Source: Phoronis australis (Eukaryota > Animalia > Phoronida). Taken from it: 64,000 nucleotides of DNA. The stretch covers positions 715,353 through 779,352 of the forward strand of contig NMRA01000167.1 in the NCBI GenBank assembly GCA_002633005.1, read 5' to 3'. The position numbers and the translations under genes were made by a program. This document shows positions 23,301 to 35,300 of the stretch, in pieces. Positions within the stretch are counted from its first letter, which is position 1. Each line of letters opens with the position of its first letter. The notes beneath the pieces are model-generated. The model was not told where the DNA came from. It did no database searches and saw only the letters and a list, made by a program, of their open reading frames with translations.

Positions 23301-26300
23301 AAGTTATGCAACACTAAACTGGTGTTAACACATATAAGAAAACAGTAACATTCATTTATACTGCAGAAAATTACAATTATGGGGTTATTGGTGCTTGGAT
23401 ACACTTCCAAAAAATGTAGTTAAATTCACTTAAATTACATTGATATATACTGAGTTGGATTCAGATTAACTAGCACAGCGTTTGGCTGCGACATGAGGGT
23501 TTCAAGTTCAAATATCTGAGGGCAAGTTTCAAAAAGCTACAGCTGTTAGTTTCACCTTGGTAATTCATGCACTGCGTGCTGATAAAGCATTTGTTGTGTG
23601 CCAATATTGACATTTGCAATGAAAACAACTGACTTTCTTAACACAGCTGCCATACAGGCACAGAGGTTGGTGAACGTACAGTCACACTATTTTTAAATAC
23701 ATGTTAATATTAATGCAACTTCAACTGTCAGTTTCAGAACTGCTATCTAAGAAAGTCATATCTCAAGTATTCCCTCTTCACGATGTCAACAAACTGGAGG
23801 AGTTGCACAACACTTGGATCACACCGCTATGGCAACGCCAGCCTCTTGGCGAGATCTGTGGTTATTTTGGCTTGAAGATTGCGCTCTATTTTGCCTGGCT
23901 TGGACATTACACCAGAGCATTAGTCTTCCCGGCCATTGTGGGCATTACGTTTTTTGTGAATGCCGGAACCAGTGAGGTAAAAGTTCATAAATGACTAGAA
24001 ATACACAATTTATTTCAGATATTGTAGTGAGTGTAGTTTTTTCACGAGGCTGAAAATCAGTTGAACATATTATTATATCTAATAATTAACAAGCTGTATT
24101 TAGGTATAGGTGGCACTTAAAAGTTGATCTTCCTGCTTTGGTTCAGACCCTGATTGCCAAAACGGTTGTCAAACTAGCACATGTTCATTCAGGAACGTCA
24201 TGAGAGTATGACTTGAGGTGGCCATTTCTCTCTTCAAACCTGGGATCTGGAAAGTGACTTACGACAACTATTTCTGAAAAATAATGATATCTCACTTTAG
24301 CAAAAGTGCAGTCTCCAACAATATACATGGCCTGTTAGTTCCAGAGATAATTCCTAATAGCTAAAGTGCAATCTCCAACAATATACATGGCCTGTTAGTT
24401 CCAGAGATAATTGCTAATGGCTAAAGTGCAGTCTCCAACAATATACGTGGCCTGTTAGTTCCAGAGATAATTCCTAATAGCTAAAGTGCAGTCTCCAACA
24501 ATGTACATGGCCTGATAGTTCCAGAGATAATTCCTAATGGCTAAAGTGCAGTCTCCAACAATGTACATGGCCTGATAGTTCCAGAGATAATTCCTAATGG
24601 CTGAAGTGCAGTCTCCAACAATATACATGGCCTGATAGTTCCAGAGATAATTCCTAATGGCTAAAACTTTATAAATAGTAAAGTGGGAGCCTAAGACCAA
24701 AATTTTGTCTCAAAATCTTAAGTCACTTTGATAAAACACACCCCAGGATTAACCTGGGCCCGGTCTCCAATCTTTTTACTCGAAATGGAACTCGAAATTA
24801 GGTTTGGCATTTTCTACTCTACTTTTGGGCGAACTCAAGATAAGTGTCTATTATTCTATGCTCGAGTACACAAAAACTTACGTACTAGATAATTTATTGC
24901 CCTTAGTTCACAGTTTGTAAACCCAATATTAAAGCAATAAGTTCAAGTTTGAACTCGAAATTTCGAGTTTTTACTCGAGTTTGTGTCACGAATATAAGGG
25001 TCTTCAAAGGCAAACTTCAACTAGAAACTCATATGCATAAACTATAATGTATTCGAGCACAGTCTGATAACCAATTCTCTTAAGTTCGCACAAAAGGAGC
25101 AGAGAAATTGCCAAAAATAATTTCGAGTTCGTTTCCAGTACAAAGATTAGAGACCGGGCCCTGGCTGTCAAATGTGATATTCACACTTGCTGAGTCTGCA
25201 GACTATTTAAGGAGTTTTCAAACTTTCTAGAAACTGCTGTGTGTTGGCAAGGATTATGGGCACTACTCTGTTTCAAAGTGTAATAATGTCATAATTGTAG
25301 TTGATAAAGTTTTTATAGGCTTAAACAGGGTTTAGTTGTTTTAAGTGACCATTAGATCTAAATGACTTTAGTAAGGAACTTTTGTAATGGAAATTACTGC
25401 AACTAATTGAATACCAACAGCCTCTAGGACCACTCTTGCAAGCTCACCACCTCAAACTGAATTCAGAGTGACCCTACTATGCTGTCGTGGACTGTAGTAC
25501 ATGGACTGCCAGTTGTGCATATTGTCAGTGCACTAAATCTGTGGTCTTGTGCACATGCTGGGACCTATATTATCACCTGCGTTGTCTCTATTCACTAGTG
25601 TCGTCTGCTTTGATGGACCTTCACCGTTGTTTGCTCACTAACCAGAAGCTGACATTTGCAGTGGAAGAGATTGGTGTCTCCTATATGAATTTCATTAGAA
25701 AATATCTCAGGGGCAAACTTTGTATGGTGCCACGTATCTCCACTTTGGCTCATTATCCACTTCATTTGCAGTTCTGTGATGATGTGTGTTTTGTGCTCTT
25801 CGCCTTCCTCAACATATTGTGGGCGACTGTCTACCTGGAGTTTTGGAAGAGGCGGAGTTCAGAGCTGTCATTCAAATGGGGCACCCTGGATATGGAAGAT
25901 GATTTGATTGTGCAGCCACGGCCCCTCTACAAGGTTTGTATGCACGCCAGCCTGGAGGTATATAAACCAATACCAGCCACTATACACATTAAGTAATCGC
26001 AACAAAGTTGTTCAATTCCACAGTACATCTCATTACATATTTTGTTATGGAGGTATTTCAGAAATGTCCTCTTTCCTGACAGAAGAGATTTCATATTCAA
26101 GAAATCAGTGAGGCTCTTTTGGATACTCATTGCCAGCTGAAGTGGCCTCGTTCAGTTGTGGTCACATACTTGGTCAATGTTAAATAGAATAACCCATGTC
26201 GTAAAAGTATTGTTTATACCGTGTGTCATTCGTATTGTTCGATGGTGCAAGTGAAGCATGCCATGGGAAACTCATGACAAACGTACCATGGCAGAATGCA

Positions 26301-29300
26301 ATGTTTCGTGGAAGAAGAGCCCTTTGTCCCGTGAGGCATGACCTTTAGAAAGCTAATGACAGCTAATTAAAAATACTATTTCGTATGGAATTTTCGCAAC
26401 TCGAATGATTGAAAATTTTCTTGTCAAAAAACTTCCACGTCTCGGAATTGTATGCTCAGGCAGAATGACACATTGAAGCAGGAGATTCGATGCAGTTCAA
26501 ATTTCACAAGCAAAAGTTAGATCTTGTCTAAATGTTGGTCACGTATTCAATAACTAGTTTTGCATCATTATATGAAAATCCCCGACTTACATACTGCTCC
26601 CCCTTGTGACAAGATTAGTCTTGTTTTTGAGCATCTACTTCAATCTCCGTTTATGAGACTGCTTGATGGAATGATCATAACTTGTATCTTGCAATCCACA
26701 CAGTGGAGACACATCAACTTTCTGTGTTCTTCTTGAAATACAAAACAATAAACACAGGCACGTTATTTTGAATGCTTTCCCAGTCCACATTAATTTCAAA
26801 CTAAGTTAATGAGTCTCAAACTGAAAGTTGGTTGAGTCTCTAAGGTGACTCTTTTTACAAACCTTCATTGTTTCTTGTCTTTTGATGTGCTGAATATACT
26901 GTGTTATTCCAGGGCCTGCTTATAAGGAGTCCAGTGACGGGTAAACTAGAACTGTTTGATCCACCGTGGAAAAGCCGCATCATTACTTACTGTGTTGGGC
27001 TGCCCATCACTGTGCTTTGTCTCGTGGTCACCATAGCAACAGCATTTCTATTTTTTGAGTTTCAAGAGTGGCTAAACTCCAACCTTGGCGATGGGTTATT
27101 GTGGACAATGATCAGGTTTCTACCCAAAATAATGTTGGCCATTGTCATTATAGTGTATGAGGAAATTTACAAGCGAATTGCAGTCTGGATCAATGACCAA
27201 GGTAAAATGGAAATGTCATTATTATGAATTTAATATTAATGAATGTTATCCTCTGTGAAATCACTAGCTTTTGATTTATTCTCAGTTCACTGTAAATCAG
27301 TTACAGGTATAAGATTTATCGATCACCCTTAGAAAAACTAAAGATATTTTACTGTTGGGGGTATTGACAAAATCACTGTCTGTGTCAGCATCATATTGTT
27401 TTTGAAATACAAAGTGTTCGGACTGGGCAATCCAACCTATTGATTGTGTCTTTAAGCAATGAGTATTGTTATGTTGGAGTTGTTCCAGATCAGAAAATTA
27501 TTTTGTCAATGAGTATCGTCTACGCAGAGTTAGGAATGAGTTGAGGCCAGCTTTTAAACTGAAAATAGTCAACTTAGATTTGACTGAATATTTTAGTGCC
27601 ATAACTCTGTAAAAAATGATAGATATCTTTTACCATGAAAAAATGGTATCAACCTTCTCCTACTCAAAATACATGTTTACAGTCTGACTGAAATCTTCAG
27701 ACTTGTTTAGACGTGATGTGACCAAGCATGAATGCGCAGATTTGCTCTACGTGTGAACAAACATTATTATTTTGCAGAAAATTTTCGATTGGACGAAGAG
27801 TATGAAAATCACCTGATAGTCAAGCTGACACTAGTGAGTTGAATCTCCAGAGCATGTCGCCATTTAGTAAAATCACCACAGAGGTCTATCGCATATTGGT
27901 ACATCACCAATTGGTATATGCTTAATTATCACCATTCAGTGGGCCTCCATATTGTACTGTGGTTTTCAAAATAAAGCGAACAGACTTGCCCCTAAATGCT
28001 AATGGTTTATTGTAAATTGACTTGCAAAAGCATGTCCAGATTTTGACCATGTCGGTGGAGTTGAAATTAAAGCATATTATGTAATAAGTTTTACCTGAAG
28101 AGAAATGGATGTTCAGTCGGGGTTTAGTTGGTCGACACTGTTGAATTTCGCTATTTTGAAAATTATTGCATACATCTGTCACCATTTGGTATAACGGCAC
28201 TGTTTACTATATCATCATTTATGGACTGAAGAACATGAACTGCCAACTCTGCGCACAAGCCACAACCAACACTTGGCTATTCACTAGTGCCACCTGGTGT
28301 AATACATGTTTTACTTCCACCATCTGCTCATCATTTGTACACTGCCTTCTTATTTCAGTTCCACTTTGTAAATTCATTTGCATCACTATTTTACGTGGCT
28401 TTCTACCTCCAAGACATGAGTCGGCTCAGAGATGTAAGTTTGTTTGCGTTCTGTTTTCAGTCCAGAGGACATTCAAGTCTTGCTTTGAAGTGGCCTCTAT
28501 TGACCTGTTGATATAATACTCTTAGTAACTTTATTATGGCTAAGTCGAATGTAACAAATTGTCCAGTTGCATGTGTTTTACTTTAACTCAAAACAAGGCA
28601 AAGAGCGTTCTCACCCAGGAGACTTGACTCTTGTTCTGTTTCTGAACTACTGACCATTTTTCCGTTGCTAATTGACCTATTGCCATGCCACTTTGTGATT
28701 GGAGCTTAAGAAACTCATGGCTGAAGATTTTTTCACACTTCTCAGAGTTTTGCATGAAATAATTGTCCTCGGTTTTCTAATGGTTATTGCAAAGCAAAAT
28801 AAAAAATGAGATGAAAATGTTGTTAAAGTTATTTTGTTTTATCTTATGTTAATAATTATGTAGACGAGTTTTTCCTCGACTATGTGTTATTTATACACAA
28901 TGAGAACAAGAGGAGTACAATGTTCAAGAAGCCTGTAAACAAAGCACTTGGTGGTTTCCAAACTTAGCAGAAGAGTGGGACAAAATGGTCTTGTTGCCTA
29001 ACCACGCATAAAGTCTACAGCGCTGAAATTAGAATGAGGTCTTCACAAACCTCAAGCAAACACCTGGTTAACACCATAACTCAGGGAAGTGCGGCAAATC
29101 CGTACATCTTGCTTCGTATCTAGTAAGAGATAGTATTTTTTACTCCCTTACTCTGATCATACGAAAGACATTCGACTAGAACAAAATAATCTTTCGTTGC
29201 TTTGTTTTTGGCAGCTACTTGCAACTCTGCTCATTACTCGTCAAATCATCGGCAACATGAAGGAAATGTTACTGCCTCTGCTACACGAGAAGATTTCTCT

Positions 29301-32300
29301 GCTGAAATTCGGATACTCCATCAACAAGGATTTGCCCTCCCACACGTCGCATGAATTTGAGCAGATCACGACAGATCGTGAAACAGACACGTCAATGGGA
29401 TCTGACTCTGGCAGTGAGGAGGGTGTCATAGACAGTGATGGGCGGGGCACCAAAGTGAGGCTAATGCAGGCAGAAGTTGAAGGTTCACGTAAGCAGGTCT
29501 CTGAAAATTTTGAGCAATCAAGATTCCAAACTAATCTAGTTGGCTTGGCTATATCCTAATAGTGCTTGAATACACTGAAGGGACTTTTTTACGGTTACTT
29601 TTAACTTATTCCAGCATTCATTTGTGAATTTTTGTAAGGAGGCAGATGGAATGAATCCAATAGCAGATCATCCCTTTAAACCAGTGTTCACGATTGCTTC
29701 CTTGTGTCAGTAATGCTTTTTTCCCTTTCAGTATGACGATGCGTTCGATGACTATCTTGAGATGTTTGTTCAGTTTGGTTATGTCACCTTTTTCTCGTCT
29801 GCTTTCCCATTGGCTGCCCTTTGTGCTCTGGTGAATAATCTCATTGAGATCCGGTCAGACGCCTTCAAATTGTGCAAGGCATTCCAGAGACCTTTTGGAA
29901 AGTCTGTGAAGAATATTGGAACATGGCAGGTATTTCTTAAACTTCACGTCTACGATGTTCACTTATGGAATAGAATGGCATCCCACCAGCTCCCTACTTG
30001 TACTGTCACCTCAGTATGTTTGTGACGGACAAGCTGGACAGTCCTAGACTGTTGCTAGAGTGGCTGCAGATGCCTCAGACAAATCTAGGAATCAAGCTTG
30101 TTGTAGTTGTCTGTTCACGATGCAGTCCTCTCTTTGTGATGTCACATGACGTGAAAGTATCAATGGAACACGTTGCTGGTGACTTATTGCGTTGGTCTGG
30201 GGAGGTTTGTCTGTTCATGTACGGTACTTCCTAAATCTTATTTTAAGCTTAGGATGTCCAATCATAACCCTACTCCTTGCGTACTTGTCTGTTCATGTAC
30301 GGTACTTCCTAAATCTTATTTTAAGCTTAGGATGTCCAATCATAACCCTACTCCTTGCGTAATATGATTTGTTTTTAGGATGCTCTGATGTTGATGAGTA
30401 CAATTGCTGTCATGATCAACTGTGTGCTGATTGGTCAGTCAGGGCTCATCGATCGCCTTTTTCCATCCTTCACATCTTTGCAGACGTTGTTGCTGATTAT
30501 TGCTCTAGAGGTTTGTTTGCACCTAGTTAGTAGTTTTCAAAATAGCGAATCTCGTCTCAGTAGTTGACTGGCTTTGTCAAGGTTATGGCAGAAACTTACT
30601 AGGTTGAAAGCTATTTGTAAGTAATACTAAATCATTTGAAAATCAGCGGGGTCAAAAAGTGGGAGACAGAAGTTATCAGTTCCACCTTCTGCTGTTACTA
30701 TGAATAGTTATCATAACTGATCTATTGCAAACTCTGCCCCCTTGCGAAAACTCGACTTACAAACAATGAATTTTACCCGACAACGTGTTGTTTGTCAGGT
30801 AAAATCATTATAGCAGCTTGGAAACAAAGGCGTGTGAAGAATGCTGCGTTCTGATTGGTCAGCTAAGCTGTCACTCAAAATCCTGGCTATAGTTCAATTG
30901 TTACCTTTACTGTCTTTCAGCACGTTCTCTTGGCCGTCAAGTTTGGCATTGCTTACAGCATTCCAGATGTTCCCTTCTGGATAAAGGTGGAAATGGCTAA
31001 AATGGAATTCAAGAAACGAGAAGCTTTCAAAGTATGTCATGTGTTAAGTACTAGTCCACGAGAGCACCAACCATGAGCGGCAAGGTGGGGGTCAGCCGAT
31101 TTTCACCAAATTTGGCACATATGTAGTCCTATGGGATCTATAAACAGCGGTAAAATATTTCCTCAAAATATTTTGTTTTTCTAAAGTTATAGGTCAAACA
31201 CATTTTACGGTTTCGCAGCCATGTTTTCACGGTATAAAAACTGTCCAGTTTTAACTGTTCATATTTTTCCTTGAATGAAAGCTATTGATTTATTATTCAC
31301 TTGGCATTGTTTAGTGGTGCCTATAGATTGTTACACAGATGTCTTGAAACACGCTTCCGATTTATCACCCTCATTTAGTAGTTTTACTACACTGCCCCCC
31401 GTTATGCCATTTTGAGGTTGTGTTCAGTACACTGCTGTACCAAATCTGCCCCCACTGTTATGAGAATGAAACTTAGCCAAAATGTTGACAAAACATGTTA
31501 CTTTCATTGCATAAAATAAAAACTTTGTCAGCCAGTTTATTAGTTATACATTTTGGCACCTCAAATGTACTAAAATGAGAAATTGTCATATATCTGAGAT
31601 CGATGCGTGAGCACCGTAAAATCCGATTGTCCTTCATATTTTTCGATATTTTGCAACAAGTTAGTTCCTCCTGAATGTTTTGAACATTTTACTACTTATC
31701 ACTTTGGGCTATAGTACCCCTAAATACCATACACATGTACATGGCTCCATTTTGTAAAAAGCCGATTATGTCCTCCACAGTGAACAGGGTTAGACATGAA
31801 CTCGACAAATGTAGGTTATTTTGATTTACAGTTCTTTTACTTTGCAATTTCCTCATGGGTATTTCTTCACACATATTCAAGTCAGATTTTCTGTTGATCA
31901 AATGTTCATGCAATGCATTGTAATATCAAATGAATGATAAGTTTGGTGGCATGACCGCAGTTTTTCCCACGACTTAAAACAAAAGACCGCAGAAATTTTC
32001 CTGACGAAATACCGGGTTTGCAAGTCTCTAAAAACATTCGAATGACAAGACAAACTCCGCCACTGTCTGTGGCAACTCGTCGCATGTTTTTCGCCCATCG
32101 GTCCTATCATTGTTTTCCTTTGTTGTGTCATTGTTGGATATAACAACACAGGTCGCATAAATATAGAACCTTGCGTACATCAGACCGTTGCCGATAAGTG
32201 CTCGTCATTATATCTTTATTATAACAATGAAGATGCTAATCTATTGTTCTCTATGCGACCAGGTTTCCCATGGATGACCACAGAAGAGGAATCCCAAAGT

Positions 32301-35300
32301 ATCCACAAACAATGACGCACCTTAGTAGCTATTACCGCGCACACGAATCCTTTCCTTGGAACCTAAACACCAAATTTTTATATCCGTGTATTGTGTTGTA
32401 TTGCTCATGGTACGGGTTCAGACTCTGTTGTATTAAGATTCCAATCCCCAACCCTGTAATCTGTAGTTTGAGTACAATTTCAAGACAATGCAGGTTTATG
32501 GATTTATTCTCATTTAAATGAGGAGTAAAAATCAAATTCTGCACAGGTGTTTTAAAAGCAATCACTTATTGGAAGATCACACATCTAAAAAATAAAACAA
32601 TGTTTGACAATTTTATTCACTATCTTATTTGAAAATTGCCTACCTCACAGACAACTCATCTAAGTTGAAAATATTCCTTGTGAAAAATATAAAATACCAA
32701 CCAGAGACTTGTGTACTACAGAATATGTTTTGGTAATACAATGCAAAGATAACTGAACAGTCAAAAGTGCAAATATTATGACTCTAATCAAAATTGCCTT
32801 CTAGATCTTTTCAACACTCCAATTGCTACAGGACAGAGTCAACCACACAAAGCCCATAAAGTCAGGGAATTACATTTAAGGTGATGTAGTCTCACTGCGA
32901 AAAAGTGATTTCGCAATATCGCTGGAAATCTCTTCTTCACAAACTTGAGGTAGCTGTATTTACCACATGAATGTTCTTATCAAAACTAACCACCACAAAA
33001 TGAAAAATTGGCTTGTCGGTTCCAATTAGGCAGCATTTTACAATGAAATGGTCATGAAAAAATACTTTTGCAACATGGTTTGCATTACAATTGCCCACGA
33101 TTACAGTTGTACATACATACTAGACCAGTAACAAAATTACCCATGGGAACCATAAAATGGTCAATTCGCCAAAAAAACAAGGAGCCACCAGAGCTAATGT
33201 GCCAATACTTTTCAGTACTGCAACAAAAAATCATTTGAAGTGGACATAAACTCGCCTAAAATCACATAAAACAACTTTTGATTTAGACATTTTACCATGA
33301 TCTTGAAATAGGTATTACTTCCAGGTCACATTTGAGCAATTTCAGAACTTTGAAAGATCTGGCAATATGCAATTGCTAGAGACCAGATTAATAGTGTGTG
33401 ATTTTATATACACAGCATGGTCTCAAGGAATAGCAAATTGTCAATTCGCTATAATTCCAGAAATCACTTCCCATCTGGATAAGGAACAAACTGAGCAAAG
33501 TTTATAGAGGTAAATGGTCTAAATCAAAACTTATTACCTCCTGGACAGAATATGGGTTTACAACCCAGGCAGAAAGATAAGTTAACAAAACCAGCCTAAC
33601 TGCAACAGGGTCTCAAATTTCAGTAATATATACCCATTTACAAACAAAAATCTATAATGGTGAATAAAATGCGAAAACATAAATTCAGATCAATTATGCA
33701 TCTTCAAGGAAAAGGAACAGTACAGTGGTCAGAAATCATCTAAATGTGATGGCCACACTGAGAAATCCTGTCAGACCAAAAAATCCAGTGGCTAAACAAA
33801 ATGAACAATGTACCATTACCATGTGGCCCAGGATCATGATCCGTGCCCGGAGAAAATTTCAGTCTTAGCCTAGGTAAATTTTAGATTTGTGCTGTTCACA
33901 CAAGCAGTTTTGGTGCAAACAAAGCTTGCGACAACACACAAGCCTACTTCCCTACACAGCTGTGCTGATACAATAATGCCCCTACTGGATTTAGCAGATC
34001 AGCCAGAGTATTTACAGGTCCAGCCACTGTACTGTTTCCTCCCTTTGAATTTTTACAATGCTACATCCTTGACAATCGCAGATTGCCTCTTTCAATGCAT
34101 ACTCCACTTCCTCTGTCCCAGTTTCCCCACATTTGCTGAGAGTGGCCTATCTCAACAAATTACTTTGGACCTGTTGTGGTATAAGCCAGTAATCTTTGGC
34201 AAATACTTTTTCCCCCGACTCGTTCCTCAAGTTACAAATTCTCTTTGACATATCTTCTGGGAGTAGACTTTACGGCCTCTCTCTAGACCCCTCACTTAGT
34301 TGTCCAGAATGGTACCTTCTTGCTGGTTGTGAACTTTTCCATACCCAAACTTTATTAATAATCGGCAAGTCTCCAACTTCAGCAGAAGCCACTTCTTCAG
34401 CATAAGCCTTTCCTGATTCCTAAAATTGTATTAATGAAAAAATTAAACATATTAAATTTAATGTGGCCATTTCGGCTCAGAAAATATGAATACCAAGCTA
34501 AAGTGAAGGCATCAATATTTTTGACGGCTTTAGCATGTTTAATTAACTTCATAATTGCAGAAATTCATTGAGAGACATAGCATACTCCCTAGTCTCTAAA
34601 AGTAGTTCATGGGCAGAAGTCATGTTACACATTTGGTGGTTGTTATGAAAAGTTATGATGACTACCTATTTTCTATGCCAATGTATACGTGTAGTTGCAT
34701 AAACATCAACACATTTGAATAAGATATGATTAAGCAATAAGGCCCAAGTTATAAACAATCACGGTGTGACAATAAAAGTGTTATTGCATGAATGGCGTGC
34801 TTCTAAAAATATTCCTCAGGGTCAGACCCTGGAGTTTAGTGATTCCTACCTGAGCTCACAGGAAGCAGGACGTCGAACTTTGACTTAACGTCTTTGGTCA
34901 TTTTTCAGACCTCTATCAGGCTCTATCAGATTTCTCCTCTAGTGTGCAGTGGATGTTCTCAGTGTCTTTGGTCACAGCAATATATCTCGAGTGTTGTAAC
35001 GATGATTCGGGCAAGTGAATCTCATACGGTAGATTATGTAGCTCCTGCTGCACACCTGCCTCCGAGGCAGACACTGACTGAGTTGACTGAGACAGACTAC
35101 TTCTCAGGAGGACACGTTCCACCTCCAAATCAGCTTCACGTACTCTTACAAGGTGCTCAAATGTCTCGCGCTATACCTTGTGCATTTTCCAAGAGTTTCC
35201 AAAGTTATTCTCTCCGCAATTTGTAGAAATACCACATTCGATGCGTTTGGCAGTGCCAGATAAATAGATAAATTCACAAACCCGCACTATAGGTCAGCCA

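Noticed and set aside
24299-24664. Regular repeat array as CRISPR, or as a repeat protein (ORF 24455-24700)
   Set aside because: The units are contiguous 60-mers with no unique spacers, there are no cas genes, and the context is a eukaryotic intron. The ORF is a by-product of a period divisible by 3.
25487-25771. Cys-rich 5' part of ORF 25487-25996
   Set aside because: Intronic read-through; ANO8 homology and the acceptor start at 25772.
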